Shown in pieces: positions 1 to 10,859 of a stretch of DNA of 64,000 nt (position 1 is the first letter of the stretch; every line of letters starts with the position of its first letter). A program made the translations under genes and the position numbers. The notes under the pieces were generated by a model that saw only the letters and a program-made list of their open reading frames with translations, had not been told where the DNA came from and did not search any database. The stretch covers positions 7,609 through 71,608 of the forward strand of contig JALSNX010000028.1 in NCBI GenBank assembly GCA_026986775.1, given 5' to 3'. The stretch is from a candidate division WOR-3 bacterium (lineage in GTDB: Bacteria; Hydrothermota; Hydrothermia; UBA1063; CAJXJZ01).

Positions 1-637
1 AAACAAACGAGCTTTCAATTTTCTTTGCTCTTCCTATACTACCCCCAGAAAGGGAATACAGTGTCAGGACAGGAATCTGCCCCTCAAAAGGATATTCTTT
101 AAACTCCTCAAATTTTAAAGGCCCAAAAGTGAATCTTTTTCCGCGTGAATAGACCGTGGGCAAAATTCTTTCTCTGTGAGATATAACCATTATTATAACT
201 GTTTCATGCGGTGGCTCTTCCAGCGTTTTAAGGAAACTGTTTTGTGATTCTGTGTTCAAATTTTCACCGTTTAACACAAGAACAACTCTCATGCTGGCTT
301 CAAATGTTCCCTTTTTTGAGAGTTCCTTTTCAAGTTCTCTGATTTTATCTATCCGTATATCTTTTGAAATATCAAAGTTGAGTGGCCTTATACCAACAGA
401 AATGTCTATTTCCGGGTCATCCATGGGTTGTACAAGATAAAAATCAGGACTCATAATGGGCTCTTTTTTCCCATCGTACATTATAAGACTGGCAAACGCA
501 TAAGCCATCTGTGCTTTTCCCACTCCCATGGGACCTTCAAAAATAAGAAATGGAGGAATAGAGCCATTTTCATACAGTTTCAAAAGAAGTCTTTTTTCGT
601 TTTCATGACCTATCACTGAAGAAAAAATGTTATCCAT
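1..637 (-). CDS. holB: DNA polymerase III subunit delta' (HolB-like clamp-loader subunit), N-terminal part only; gene runs off the left window edge
   Basis: Absent from the ORF track because no stop is reached. My minus-strand translation from ATG 637..635 gives [50 protein letters not shown]... with P-loop-like GPMGVGK and clamp-loader box [10 protein letters not shown]. The start overlaps the uvrA stop by 8 nt (ATGGATAA). Confidence 0.75.
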   Translation of the reverse strand, partial: MDNIFSSVIGHENEKRLLLKLYENGSIPPFLIFEGPMGVGKAQMAYAFASLIMYDGKKEPIMSPDFYLVQPMDDPEIDISVGIRPLNFDISKDIRIDKIRELEKELSKKGTFEASMRVVLVLNGENLNTESQNSFLKTLEEPPHETVIIMVISHRERILPTVYSRGKRFTFGPLKFEEFKEYPFEGQIPVLTLYSLSGGSIGRAKKIESSFV

Positions 638-3410
638 GCCTTTCAAGTTCCTCCCTTAAAAACCTGCCTGTATAAGATTTGTCACACCCGGCCACCTCCT
701 CTGGAGTTCCTTCAACAACTACACGCCCTCCCTTTTCTCCTCCTTCAGGTCCGAGGTCAATTATCCAGTCCGCTGACTTTATCACATCAAGGTTATGCTC
801 TATTACAAGAACGGTATTGCCCTTATCAACAAGTCTTTTCAATACCTTTATGAGTTTTCTCACATCCTCAAAATGCAGTCCAGTGGTTGGCTCATCAAGA
901 ATGTAAAGAGTATTTCCCTTCGGCATTCGTGAAAGTTCTCTCGCAAGTTTTATCCTCTGCGCTTCACCACCAGAAAGTGTGGTGGCTGGTTGACCTAATT
1001 TTATGTATCCAAGTCCCACATCTTTGAGTAATTTCAACTTTCTTTCAATAGATGGGATGTCTTTAAACAGTTTATAGGCATCATCCACGCTCATATCAAG
1101 CACATCTGCAATGCTATAACCTTTGTATTTCACTTCAAGTGTTTCTCTATTAAACCGTTTTCCTTTACACACATCGCAGGGTACATAAACATCCGGTAAA
1201 AACTGCATTTCTACCTTGATAAACCCCTCTCCCCTGCAGGCCTCACATCGTCCACCCTTCACATTGAACGAGAACCTGCCCGGAGCATACCCTCTCTTCT
1301 TTGCCTCAGGCAAAGATGCGAACAGTTCCCTTATAGCAGTAAAAGCAGATGTATAGGTTGCTGGATTTGAGCGGGGCGTCCTTCCAATGGGAGACTGGTC
1401 AATATTGATAACCTTACCGATAAACTCAACTCCCTCAATCTCATCGTGTTCACCGACCTGAACCTTTGCACCATAAAAACGTCTTATCAGGGCATGATAC
1501 AGGGTATCTTCAATTAGTGAAGATTTTCCAGAACCTGAAACACCCGTCACGCACACAAAAAGACCAAGCGGTATTTTGACATCTATATTTTTTAAGTTAT
1601 TATGCTTTGCACCTTTGATAGTCAGAAATCTTCCATCAGGCCTGCGTCTCTTTCTGGGCACATCAATCTTTCTTTCTCCCTTTAAGTACTTCCCGGTAAG
1701 TGAGCGCGGATGGGCTTTTATATCCTCAATAGTTCCTTCCGCAACGACTTTGCCTCCACGATAACCTGCACCAGGACCAAGGTCTATTATCCAGTCTGCA
1801 TTTTCCATTGTTTCCCGGTCATGCTCAACCACTATAACAGAGTTACCCTGGTCCCTCAACTTCTTCAAAGTATTTACAAGTCTTCGTGTATCACGGGGAT
1901 GCAGGCCTATTGTGGGCTCATCAAGGATGTACAGCACTCCAACCAGGCCAGAGCCAATCTGTGTTGCAAGTCTTACCCTCTGGTCCTCCCCTGATGAAAG
2001 GGTCTCTGTTGGTCTATCAAGTGTGAGATAGGAAAGTCCTATATCACGTAAAAAGGAAAGTCTTCTCAAAATCTCCTTTACAATCTGCCTGGCAATGATT
2101 TTCTTTCTGCCCTCAAATTTGAGATTTTCAAAAAAGTAAATGGCCTCATCAATGTTCATTTTCGTGATGTCATGTATATTCTTGCCCTCTATTTTTACAG
2201 ATAGCGCCTCTTTTCTCAGTCTTGAGCCACCACAAACAGGACATGTACGATAAACCAGATATTTTTCAAGTTCGTTTTTCATCCAGTCAGACTCTGTTTG
2301 CTTGTACCTTCTCCATACGTACTGAGCCACAGGTTCAAAGGCTATGTATCCTGCATTATCGCCGAATATAATGGCTCTCTTAAATTCTTCAGGTAGCCTT
2401 CTCCATGGTGCATTCAGGTCAACCCCAAACCTTTCAGCAAGACGCAAAAGTTCTTTTCTCAAGAACGGATTTGGCTCACCCCAGACCTTTATTGCTCCCT
2501 CCAGAATACTGAGCCCGGGGTCAGAAATTAGTGCCTCTGGTGACACCTCTATCTTAACACCCAATCCACCACAGGCAGGACATGCACCGTATGGCGAATT
2601 AAAAGAAAAGAGCCTCGGCTCTATTTCTGGCAAGGAATATCCACACACAGGGCACATGAGTTTTTCCGAATAGGTCTTCTCATTTCCATCTTCAGTGAGT
2701 ATTTTCACAAGTCCATCAGCTTCCTTCATGGCCTGTTCTACGGACTCTGCAAGACGGGACCTCGTATCTCCAAAGACCTTTAATCTATCAACTAAAATTT
2801 CTATATCATGCGCCCTGTAACGTTCAAGTTCAGGCGGCTGCTCAACATCATAAATGCTTCCATCCACGCGGACCCTTACATACCCCTTTTTCATTATTTT
2901 CTCAAAGAGCGTTCTGTATTCTCCTTTTCTTCCCCTTACTATAGGTGCAAGAACCATTATTCTTTTGCCATTCTCTTCAGAAATAATCTCGTCAACAATT
3001 TCATCAACAGTACTCTTTTTGAGTTCAATTCCACAGTTGGGGCAATACGGTGTTCCAACCCTTGCAAACAGAAGCCTGAGATAGTCGTAAATCTCGGTTG
3101 TGGTAGCAACAGTTGAACGTGGATTTTTTGAAGATTTTCTCTGCTCAATTGAAATTGCAGGGGATAGGCCATCTATATGGTCAACATCAGGTTTTTGCAA
3201 AAGCCCAAGAAATTGCCTTGCATATGCCGAGAGAGACTCAACATATCTCCTCTGCCCCTCAGCATATATAGTGTCAAAAGCTAAAGAGGACTTACCGGAG
3301 CCAGAAACTCCAGTTATAACAACAATTTTGTCCCGTGGTATTTTTACATCAATATTCTTTAAATTGTGGACTCTGGCGCCCTTTATTTCTATAAACTCTC
3401 TTTTTGCCAT
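630..3410 (-). CDS. uvrA: excinuclease ABC subunit A
   Basis: 926 aa; duplicated ABC modules ([14 protein letters not shown] and [22 protein letters not shown] twice); Zn-finger Cys pairs ([19 protein letters not shown]). Confidence 0.97.
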   Translation of the reverse strand: MAKREFIEIKGARVHNLKNIDVKIPRDKIVVITGVSGSGKSSLAFDTIYAEGQRRYVESLSAYARQFLGLLQKPDVDHIDGLSPAISIEQRKSSKNPRSTVATTTEIYDYLRLLFARVGTPYCPNCGIELKKSTVDEIVDEIISEENGKRIMVLAPIVRGRKGEYRTLFEKIMKKGYVRVRVDGSIYDVEQPPELERYRAHDIEILVDRLKVFGDTRSRLAESVEQAMKEADGLVKILTEDGNEKTYSEKLMCPVCGYSLPEIEPRLFSFNSPYGACPACGGLGVKIEVSPEALISDPGLSILEGAIKVWGEPNPFLRKELLRLAERFGVDLNAPWRRLPEEFKRAIIFGDNAGYIAFEPVAQYVWRRYKQTESDWMKNELEKYLVYRTCPVCGGSRLRKEALSVKIEGKNIHDITKMNIDEAIYFFENLKFEGRKKIIARQIVKEILRRLSFLRDIGLSYLTLDRPTETLSSGEDQRVRLATQIGSGLVGVLYILDEPTIGLHPRDTRRLVNTLKKLRDQGNSVIVVEHDRETMENADWIIDLGPGAGYRGGKVVAEGTIEDIKAHPRSLTGKYLKGERKIDVPRKRRRPDGRFLTIKGAKHNNLKNIDVKIPLGLFVCVTGVSGSGKSSLIEDTLYHALIRRFYGAKVQVGEHDEIEGVEFIGKVINIDQSPIGRTPRSNPATYTSAFTAIRELFASLPEAKKRGYAPGRFSFNVKGGRCEACRGEGFIKVEMQFLPDVYVPCDVCKGKRFNRETLEVKYKGYSIADVLDMSVDDAYKLFKDIPSIERKLKLLKDVGLGYIKLGQPATTLSGGEAQRIKLARELSRMPKGNTLYILDEPTTGLHFEDVRKLIKVLKRLVDKGNTVLVIEHNLDVIKSADWIIDLGPEGGEKGGRVVVEGTPEEVAGCDKSYTGRFLREELERHG

Positions 3411-3416
3411 GCAAAT

Positions 3417-4604
3417 CTACTTCAAAAGTCCCAGTTCTATATGTCTCTCTTTGATTCTATCAGCCAGCTCTGTAATTTTTTCATAATCTTCTTTTCGTGG
3501 ATGTCCTTTAATCAGGAGAGGCTCAAAAACATGTGCTTTTATGTTGGATAAAAGTCCTTTAAGTTGTTCTGTCATTCTTCCTCCCCATCCATATGAGCCA
3601 ATAATACCAATGTTTTTAGTCTTGGGACGAAGGGCATTCATCAAAAAGGCTGCATAAACCGCTTTGGGATGCGCACCTGCAAGAACCTGTGGACTTGCAA
3701 GAATAACGGTGGCAGCATCAACAAGAGCCATGGCCAATTTTCCTGTATCAGTGACAGTAAGATTACAGGGTTTTACGTCAATCCCCCTTTCAACAAGCCT
3801 GTCAACAAGATAGTATACTATCCGCTCAGTGCTACCATGCATGGAAACATAAGGAATAATAACCACATTTTCAACTCTTTCAGAAATCCAGTCTTTATAA
3901 GCATTAACTATGATTTCTGGTTTTTTCCATATAGAACCATGACTTGGCGCAATTATATCTACATCATATTGCTCTATTTTCTCAATATTTCGCTTTATCT
4001 GGGCTCTGAAAGGCATCATTATCTCTGCGTAATACCTCTTGGCATCCTCTATAACTTTGGCCTCATCTCTTACAAAAACACTTGCACCTGCATAATGGGA
4101 ACCAAAGAAATCGCATGTGAACATAATTTTATCCTCTACAAGATACGTGGACATGGTTTCAGGCCAGTGAACCCACGGTGTTAAAAGAAACTTCAGAGTT
4201 TTGTCACCAAGAGAAAGGGTATCACCCTCATCCACTATTATAAATTTTTCTTCATCTACATGAAGCAGGTCTTCAAGAAACATTTTACATTTTTTATTAG
4301 TTACCACCTTCGCCATGGGAAACTTCTGTAAAACATGGGGAATGGAACCAGAGTGGTCCTGCTCAGCATGCTGAGATATTACATAGTCAATTCTTTCAAC
4401 GCCCAGACTTTCAAGGTTTTCAAAGAGAACATCCTTCTTTTGTGGATCAACGGTATCAATCAACGCAGTTTTTTCACTTCCGATGATAAGATAAGCATTA
4501 TAAGTTGTGCCATCAGGGAGAGGTATGAGTTCATCAAATAGCCTTCTATCATAATGTGCAGCACCCACTTCAAAAATTCTTTCTTTTATTTTGTGAACAC
4601 TCAT
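3417..4604 (-). CDS. flavodiiron protein (FprA-type: metallo-beta-lactamase-like diiron domain + flavodoxin domain)
   Basis: 395 aa; diiron motif HAEQDHSG (HxExDH); C-terminal flavodoxin-like segment [17 protein letters not shown]; SD GGAGGTG 5 nt upstream of ATG. Confidence 0.85.
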   Translation of the reverse strand: MSVHKIKERIFEVGAAHYDRRLFDELIPLPDGTTYNAYLIIGSEKTALIDTVDPQKKDVLFENLESLGVERIDYVISQHAEQDHSGSIPHVLQKFPMAKVVTNKKCKMFLEDLLHVDEEKFIIVDEGDTLSLGDKTLKFLLTPWVHWPETMSTYLVEDKIMFTCDFFGSHYAGASVFVRDEAKVIEDAKRYYAEIMMPFRAQIKRNIEKIEQYDVDIIAPSHGSIWKKPEIIVNAYKDWISERVENVVIIPYVSMHGSTERIVYYLVDRLVERGIDVKPCNLTVTDTGKLAMALVDAATVILASPQVLAGAHPKAVYAAFLMNALRPKTKNIGIIGSYGWGGRMTEQLKGLLSNIKAHVFEPLLIKGHPRKEDYEKITELADRIKERHIELGLLK

Positions 4605-4627
4605 TTTTCACCTCCGGTTATACTTTA

Positions 4628-4655
4628 ATTTTAGCGTATCTCCTGCGTATGACAA
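4628..4655 (-). promoter_or_regulatory. candidate sigma70-type promoter for the flavodiiron gene (TTGTCA-N16-TAAAAT)
   Basis: Minus strand reads cgcTTTGTCAtacgcaggagatacgcTAAAATtaaagtataaccGGAGGTGaaaaATG in the 68-nt gap after the fhs stop. Confidence 0.35.
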
Positions 4656-4672
4656 AGCGATTTAAAATTATT

Positions 4673-6340
4673 CTAAAACAGCCCTTCTATGTTGCCATTT
4701 TCATCAATATCTATTTTAAGAGCGGCTGGCTCCTTTGGAAGACCCGGCATGAGCATAATATCACCTGTTACTGGAACAAGAAAACCTGCACCGCTTGATA
4801 TGTTTATACTTCTCACTGTTACAAGAAAATCTTTGGGCCTTCCAAGCAGTTTTGGATTGTCAGAAAGCGACTTCTGGGTCTTTGCTATACATACGAGCAG
4901 CTTTTCAAGTCCTAATTTTTTAATCTTTTTAAGGTCTTTTTTCGCCTGTGATGTGAAATCAACTGCTTTTGAACCGTATATTTCGGATGTTACTGTTTTA
5001 ATTTTATCCTCAATACTCATATCAAGTGAATACAGGGGTTTATAAGTGCCTTCATGATTGGACAGTTCAACAACCTTTTCTGCAAGGGTCACGGCACCCT
5101 TTGAACCCTCGGCATGAGCAGTTACAACAACAGCGCTGCTACCCTTTTCTTCAACAAAGCGTTTTATAACATCTATTTCTTCGTCTGTATCAGTTTCAAA
5201 CCTGTTAATTGCAACAACACTTGGAACATTGAATTTTGCAATATTTTCAAGATGTTTTTCAAGATTTGGAAGCCCCTTTTCCACATGTTCTGGTGATGGG
5301 ACGGTAAGTTCTTTCTTATCCATTCCCCCGTGCATCTTAAGGGCTCTTACAGTGGCAACAAGCACTACAACTTTGGGGTTCAGACCAGAAGACCTTGCAA
5401 CGATGTCAAAGAATTTTTCCGCACCGAGGTCAAATCCAAAACCTGCCTCTGTCACCACATAGTCAGCAATCTTAAGAGCCATTTTCATGGATATAACAGA
5501 GCAGGTGCCCTGAGCGATGTTTGCAAAGGGTCCTGCATGGACGAAAGCAGGTGTGTTCTCTGTTGTCTGAACGAGATTGGGTTTTAAGGCATCTCTCAAG
5601 AGTGCGGAAACTGCACCTTCAAATTTCAGGTCTTTCACATATACGGGTTCATTGTCAAAGGTAAATCCAAGAAGTATGTTCTTTATCCTCTCCTTCAGGT
5701 CCTTATAGGAAGTGGCAAGCCCCAATATTGCCATTATTTCAGAGGCAGCTGTAATATAAAATCCTGTTTCTCTCGGACATCCATTCTGCTTGCCTCCAAG
5801 CCCCACAATTATATCACGCAGGGCTCTGTCGTTCATATCAACCACACGAGGCCACACAACCGTTCTCGGGTCTATCATGGGGTCCTTACGCCTGTGTATA
5901 TGATTATCCACCATTGCAGCTATAAGATTGTGGGCAGCACTCACAGCGTGTATATCCCCTGTAAAATGCAGATTTATATCTTCCATCGGCAAAACCTGAG
6001 AATAACCTCCACCCGTGGCACCGCCCTTTATTCCAAACAGAGGGCCCATTGAGGGCTCTCTAAGGGTCACAATTGAACTCTTACCAATCCTATTAAGACC
6101 AAGAGATAAACCAATTGATACAGTGGTCTTACCCTCTCCAGCGGGAGTGGGAGTAATTGCTGAAACCAGTATTAATCTTCCGTCTTTTTCACTTTTTACT
6201 TCCTCCCAGAAGGAGAGGTTAACCTTCGCCTTATACTCACCATATTTTTCAAGGTATTTCAATGGAATATTCACTTTATCTGCCACTTTATCTATGGGCA
6301 AAAGGTCTGTTTTCCTTGCAATTTCAATATCACTTAACAT
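4673..6340 (-). CDS. fhs: formate--tetrahydrofolate ligase
   Basis: 555 aa; characteristic N-terminus MLSDIEIARK...; nucleotide loop TPTPAGEGKTT; length typical of the family. Confidence 0.95.
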   Translation of the reverse strand: MLSDIEIARKTDLLPIDKVADKVNIPLKYLEKYGEYKAKVNLSFWEEVKSEKDGRLILVSAITPTPAGEGKTTVSIGLSLGLNRIGKSSIVTLREPSMGPLFGIKGGATGGGYSQVLPMEDINLHFTGDIHAVSAAHNLIAAMVDNHIHRRKDPMIDPRTVVWPRVVDMNDRALRDIIVGLGGKQNGCPRETGFYITAASEIMAILGLATSYKDLKERIKNILLGFTFDNEPVYVKDLKFEGAVSALLRDALKPNLVQTTENTPAFVHAGPFANIAQGTCSVISMKMALKIADYVVTEAGFGFDLGAEKFFDIVARSSGLNPKVVVLVATVRALKMHGGMDKKELTVPSPEHVEKGLPNLEKHLENIAKFNVPSVVAINRFETDTDEEIDVIKRFVEEKGSSAVVVTAHAEGSKGAVTLAEKVVELSNHEGTYKPLYSLDMSIEDKIKTVTSEIYGSKAVDFTSQAKKDLKKIKKLGLEKLLVCIAKTQKSLSDNPKLLGRPKDFLVTVRSINISSGAGFLVPVTGDIMLMPGLPKEPAALKIDIDENGNIEGLF

Positions 6341-6354
6341 ACTTACCTCCTCAT

Positions 6355-7215
6355 TTAAATATCAACACCGATTATTTTCCTTGCAAGAATACCTATGGCA
6401 AAGGATAAAAGAGCGACCCCGAAACTTATGAGGAACATTTCCCAGAAAGTTTTTTTGAAGTTTGCCCCCCTCACCACAGACACAAAAAATGTGAAAAAGT
6501 ATATTACAAAGAGTGCGGCAAAGAGTGTAAAGACAAATGCCACATAGTAGTGTTTAAATAAAAAGTACGGAATCACAATCAAAAAGACGGTAAAAATATA
6601 TGCTATTCCTGTATAAAATGACCCTTTTAAGGGATTTTTGTCACCCTCGTGCCTTCTTGAGAGATACTCAGAGGCAGCCATTGACAAAGAGGCTGCAATG
6701 CCCGTAATCACCCCGGCAAGCCCCACTAACTTTGTATTCCTGAGGGCAAAGGTAAGTCCGGCTATGGTTCCAGTTATCTCAACAAGGGCATCGTTTAGCC
6801 CCAGGACCATTGAGCCTATGTATTCTAATTTTTCTTCATTAAGCATATCAATAAGAGCGTTTTCATGCGTAACCTCATCCTGAATTATATGTTCTGCCTC
6901 TTCAATATGCCCCTTTATAGCTTCGTAAGACTTCTGGGCATCCTCCTCTCCCCCTTCCATGAGTTTAACAGCAAAGGTGATACCCATGATCCGTGCTATT
7001 ATGGTGTACAGAAAAACCCTGAGTCTATCGGGTTTTACATCCACACCGGTGTATTTTTTCCATATTTCATAGTGTGCCCTCTCATCCCTTGCTATTTTTT
7101 CAAGCACCTTTCTGTTTTCACCCTTTGCCATTTTTGCAAGTTTCAGATAAAAATAATGTTCTGTAATTTCATTTTTCTGAAATTCAATTATTTTTTTTCT
7201 AAGTCTCTCATCCAT
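6355..7215 (-). CDS. ferritin-like domain fused to VIT1/CCC1-family membrane iron/manganese transporter
   Basis: N-terminal rubrerythrin/ferritin-like helices (EITEHYFYLKLAK...DERAHYEIWKKY), then VIT1-type membrane part (GSMVLGLNDALVEITGTIAGLT). The track ORF starts at 7239, but ATG 7215 has SD AAGGAG 8 nt upstream and overlaps the upstream stop as ATGGATGA, so I prefer 7215. Confidence 0.75.
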   Translation of the reverse strand: MDERLRKKIIEFQKNEITEHYFYLKLAKMAKGENRKVLEKIARDERAHYEIWKKYTGVDVKPDRLRVFLYTIIARIMGITFAVKLMEGGEEDAQKSYEAIKGHIEEAEHIIQDEVTHENALIDMLNEEKLEYIGSMVLGLNDALVEITGTIAGLTFALRNTKLVGLAGVITGIAASLSMAASEYLSRRHEGDKNPLKGSFYTGIAYIFTVFLIVIPYFLFKHYYVAFVFTLFAALFVIYFFTFFVSVVRGANFKKTFWEMFLISFGVALLSFAIGILARKIIGVDI

Positions 7216-9235
7216 GTTGTTGCTCCTTTTTATTCCCAAGTCTATAAATCACGAATCTTTTATTTTCAAAAACTTTTCTTAATAAAGCCCTGCCACTTAT
7301 TTCAGTATCATCAATCTCCCTGTTGCAGATGATTTCGCGGGGCACAATGAAATAATCAATGTGATATTTATCAGAAAGGACTTCTTCTGGAAAATTTCCT
7401 TTACCCTCAAAGTATTCATCAATTTTCCGTGCTATTTTCATTCTTTTGTACCATTCTATTGCAAACCTTCTGTTAAACACACCTTTTCCGCCGTCAGTAA
7501 ACAGGACAAATACATTTCTTAATAACCTATTTCTTAGCCATACTCCTACAAGGTTATCTCTGTTCCAGACGTAAAAAACATCATTCTCATTGGTATGATC
7601 TTTTATCCATGAGAATACCTCATTTAATAACCACCTGTTTCTGTATTCTGGTAGGTAGCTTTTAATATTAACACTCCGCAAATATGAATTAAATATCTCC
7701 GTTTCATCTCTTAATATGCGGTTTATAGTATCGTCTTTCCCTTCACTATAATTACTCAAGGCATATAGACCGGACAAAAGAATCATTGAGGCAAGTAGAG
7801 TTTTGAAAGCAAAAAGGGAGTTCCTGACACTCCACAGATATGCGAACAATACACAGGCACTCAGAGCAATAACTAAATAAATTAATACTGGGACTGGCTT
7901 TTGAAGTAGAACGAGCCAGGATGAATAAAGAAATATGACATCTCCACTTAGTAAAATAAGGGAAATAAGCCATACCGGCCAATATCTTTTTTTTGAATAT
8001 AATAATAGACCTTTACTTTTTGTAAACACAAACAGTATACCCAGTATACCCGTCAATGGTAAAACCATAAACTCATATACAATATTAAAAATAACCAAAA
8101 TAGTGAGTAACCATAGAAAAATAATATTTTTCAAAAACAAATTGTTGATTTTAAATGAAATTATATTATAAAATGAACTTAAAAAGAGTATTAATAAAAT
8201 TACTCTAAAAAAAATAGTTACTCTGAGCAGTTGTAAAGACAATAATGGCTGAACGGGAAATAGAGAAGAAATAACCCCAATAATTGCACTTAATAATGAG
8301 AATATCACTAAATAGTGTATTTTCAATACATCTTTTTTTGCTAAACTCATTCTACCAGTATATGATAACATTTTGTATAAAATAGCATAAGAAATTATAC
8401 CCACTGGAAGCAATATAAGATATATGATATTATATTGCTGATCAAAGAACAAAAAAAGATAGCCACTCCTTAAGATACTTAGCCATTCACTGTCAACGAT
8501 TTTCAGATTCAAAATATGTACAGGAGTAAAACGATAATTCACTATAAAGTACAACGTCAATAAAATTATACTCCCAGCTAATACAATCAAAAATTTTGCT
8601 CTACTATCAAATTCACAAAATCTTGTCTTATAATAATAATAAAAAACTGCACCAATAATAGGTATAGGTGTAATAACATGAAATGCAAGTGCTACAAGTA
8701 GCATTATACCTGCCAGAACATACCGTTCCTTTCTGTAAAATGATATTGCTATTAGAGAAAGTGCAAAAGATATATTACGTGGAACAAGTCCATAGGGATT
8801 AAACACTCTAATGAAAGTAAATAAATATGGAGTTACAGGAGGGAGGAAAACAAGAGGTAAAAAGAGGCTGAATATTTTTCTTTTAGAAATCCAGTAAGAA
8901 AGGTCAAAAAGTCCCCAGAAGATTATGAACTTGGTGATAATATCCAAAATATTTATTATATTTAGTAGCTTAAGTTTAAATGCCCTGTGAATACCAATTA
9001 TTATATTATCGTATATAGTAAAATTTGTTTGTAAAAAAGTAGTGGTTAAATCGTGATTTAGCAACTTAGGATCAATCTTATGTATTATCTCAGGAAGATA
9101 ATGCCAGGCAAGGTCACCATATAAAGTGTAATGTCCGGGAAGAACAAGAAAACTAAACATCGTATAAATAGCAAAAATTAGTGACAGATAAATAAACCCT
9201 GTAGTGTTTTCTTCCAATTCTCTTAACTTCAACAT
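7208..9235 (-). CDS. large polytopic membrane protein of unknown function (many predicted TM helices plus a roughly 170-aa soluble C-terminal domain); possibly GT-C/O-antigen-polymerase-like
   Basis: 675 aa dominated by hydrophobic F/I/L-rich segments; hydrophilic C-terminus (EGKDDTINRILRDETEIFNSYLR...FVIYRLGNKKEQQHG); coding DNA visibly more AT-rich than its neighbours; no family motif I can name with certainty. Confidence 0.4.
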   Translation of the reverse strand: MLKLRELEENTTGFIYLSLIFAIYTMFSFLVLPGHYTLYGDLAWHYLPEIIHKIDPKLLNHDLTTTFLQTNFTIYDNIIIGIHRAFKLKLLNIINILDIITKFIIFWGLFDLSYWISKRKIFSLFLPLVFLPPVTPYLFTFIRVFNPYGLVPRNISFALSLIAISFYRKERYVLAGIMLLVALAFHVITPIPIIGAVFYYYYKTRFCEFDSRAKFLIVLAGSIILLTLYFIVNYRFTPVHILNLKIVDSEWLSILRSGYLFLFFDQQYNIIYLILLPVGIISYAILYKMLSYTGRMSLAKKDVLKIHYLVIFSLLSAIIGVISSLFPVQPLLSLQLLRVTIFFRVILLILFLSSFYNIISFKINNLFLKNIIFLWLLTILVIFNIVYEFMVLPLTGILGILFVFTKSKGLLLYSKKRYWPVWLISLILLSGDVIFLYSSWLVLLQKPVPVLIYLVIALSACVLFAYLWSVRNSLFAFKTLLASMILLSGLYALSNYSEGKDDTINRILRDETEIFNSYLRSVNIKSYLPEYRNRWLLNEVFSWIKDHTNENDVFYVWNRDNLVGVWLRNRLLRNVFVLFTDGGKGVFNRRFAIEWYKRMKIARKIDEYFEGKGNFPEEVLSDKYHIDYFIVPREIICNREIDDTEISGRALLRKVFENKRFVIYRLGNKKEQQHG

Positions 9236-10089
9236 TATTCGTTTTTCCTATGATGCTCCACTAGATTGCTTGTGCTTTTTACTGTTCCATCACTGTCAAT
9301 ATAAAATCTCCCACCATAAGGGTCTTGAGGTATTTTTTTCATATACCCCTTTTGTTTAAGTTCATTTAAATCATACGGTAATCTGCCCTCTTTCCTTTTA
9401 AAGGCCTCCACTGCCCTCTCTATTTTAAGAACTCCAAGTAAAGCCTTTTTTCTCTTTAAAAGTTCCCTTTTCCAGTTTTCATCATCTGTATTCTTAATCT
9501 GACCGTCAAGAATATTCAGTGCTATTTCTGTTCTTCCCGAGGCGTAATAGAGTCTTGATGCAAGAGAGGCGAGAAAGGCGCTGCGTTTTAATTTTGCTGC
9601 CTCTGTCATATACTCAGCAGCAAGGTCATATTTCTTCATGAAGTAAAAATAATTAAAACTCAGAAGGAAATACCAGAACCAATCGCTTTTTCTGTATTTT
9701 ATGGCCCTTTTCAAGACCTTTTCCGCATCACTGTATCTTTTAAAATCCCACATCAGATTCAACGAAGCAATATAGTAAATGTCAAAATAATACGGATTTA
9801 AAGCACTTGCCACTCTGTAAGCCTTAAATACAACATCCCCCACCCATTCTGGAAAGTATGGATGCTGTTCAAGTATGGTCGCAAGAAATACACGTAAATC
9901 AAGAGTAACCCAGAAACTTCTTATTCCCTCATAGTCCAGGCTCATAATTTTTTCTGCCTCTGGTGAAAGGAGAAAAAGCCCTGCATTGGCCTTTTGAATC
10001 TTCCTGTATCGGGATATCTCAGGAACCATATAGGAATTTGTAGCAATCAGAAGACCTGCCAGCAAAAACCCCAAAAACACTCTCTTCAT
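9235..10089 (-). CDS. secreted/anchored TPR-like helical-repeat protein with a type II secretion pseudopilin (GspG)-like C-terminal segment
   Basis: 284 aa; N-terminal hydrophobic signal/anchor MKRVFLGFLLAGLLIATN; helical repeats; C-terminus ERAVEAFKRKEGRLPYDLNELKQKGYMKKIPQDPYGGRFYIDSDGTVKS resembles the GspG pattern (x-G-x-YP ... L ... P-x-DPWG-x-x-Y). Its stop abuts the start of the 675-aa gene. Confidence 0.45.
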   Translation of the reverse strand: MKRVFLGFLLAGLLIATNSYMVPEISRYRKIQKANAGLFLLSPEAEKIMSLDYEGIRSFWVTLDLRVFLATILEQHPYFPEWVGDVVFKAYRVASALNPYYFDIYYIASLNLMWDFKRYSDAEKVLKRAIKYRKSDWFWYFLLSFNYFYFMKKYDLAAEYMTEAAKLKRSAFLASLASRLYYASGRTEIALNILDGQIKNTDDENWKRELLKRKKALLGVLKIERAVEAFKRKEGRLPYDLNELKQKGYMKKIPQDPYGGRFYIDSDGTVKSTSNLVEHHRKNE

Positions 10090-10859
10090 TTTATCTCTTT
10101 TTTCTGAAAAAAAAGAATGCTCAAAAGGATAAGAATAAAACTGTATATAAGCCCATATAGAAGGACAAGTATGTAATGTCCCGAACCGATTGAAAGCCCA
10201 TAAGAGAGCGATATCTTCATATCAAAGAAGGAAAAATTTGGAAAAATATAATACGCCGATTTTACAAGAAATTTTGAAATTAGAGGAATGTTCTCTGCTC
10301 GTTTTGTCTGAATAAATTGTACAGCATCGTCAAGATTGACACCAATCACGTAAATAAATAGTATTATGAAGGAAATAAGAACAGGCCGTTTACTGGCATT
10401 TATAAGAAAGTAAGCAAGAGAGGTAATAAGTAGCATCATAACCCATAAAAGTGGTAACTGAAGAAAAAGAACAGTTTTGAATTCTTTAAACAACAGGGCA
10501 TTGAGAATAACAAAGCCAGATAGCATGAGCGTGCTTGTAAAAATACCTGAAAAAACTATTCCGAAAACCCTTCCAAGGATATAATCCATTCTTTTCAGAG
10601 GCAGGGACAGCAGGTACTCAATGGTCTTTTTATTGAGGTCCTCTGTCAAAAAAGAAAAAATCAGGAAGAAGACAAGAACCAGAGTCAAAAACTCGGTGAC
10701 TGAAAGGGAATAGGTAAACATTACTTTTGATGCTTCAAACATGGTAAAATCATTTACAATGAAGTAAATAAAAAGCGAAAATAAATACAGAATCAATGTA
10801 CTGTAAAATGCCCTTTCTTTAACAGCCTCTTTAAGCGTGAGATACAGCATCCGCACCAT
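10086..10859 (-). CDS. ABC-2 type transporter permease
   Basis: 257 aa, about six hydrophobic segments; sits immediately after and overlaps an ABC ATPase gene; 4-nt overlap with the next gene. Confidence 0.75.
   Translation of the reverse strand: MVRMLYLTLKEAVKERAFYSTLILYLFSLFIYFIVNDFTMFEASKVMFTYSLSVTEFLTLVLVFFLIFSFLTEDLNKKTIEYLLSLPLKRMDYILGRVFGIVFSGIFTSTLMLSGFVILNALLFKEFKTVLFLQLPLLWVMMLLITSLAYFLINASKRPVLISFIILFIYVIGVNLDDAVQFIQTKRAENIPLISKFLVKSAYYIFPNFSFFDMKISLSYGLSIGSGHYILVLLYGLIYSFILILLSILFFQKKEIK

Noticed and set aside
252-619. Plus-strand ORFs 252..440 and 428..619 from the track
   Set aside because: They lie antisense to a clear HolB-like reading frame on the minus strand (1..637) and have low-complexity, motif-free translations. 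They are shadow ORFs.
3669-4184. 171-aa plus-strand ORF; similar long antisense ORFs at 6865..7332, 54073..54480, 56877..57335 and 44853..45230
   Set aside because: Each is fully contained antisense within a well-supported minus-strand gene (flavodiiron, VIT, M28, LeuB, FtsK). None has a start context or a recognisable motif. This is typical of frame-shadow ORFs in AT-rich DNA.
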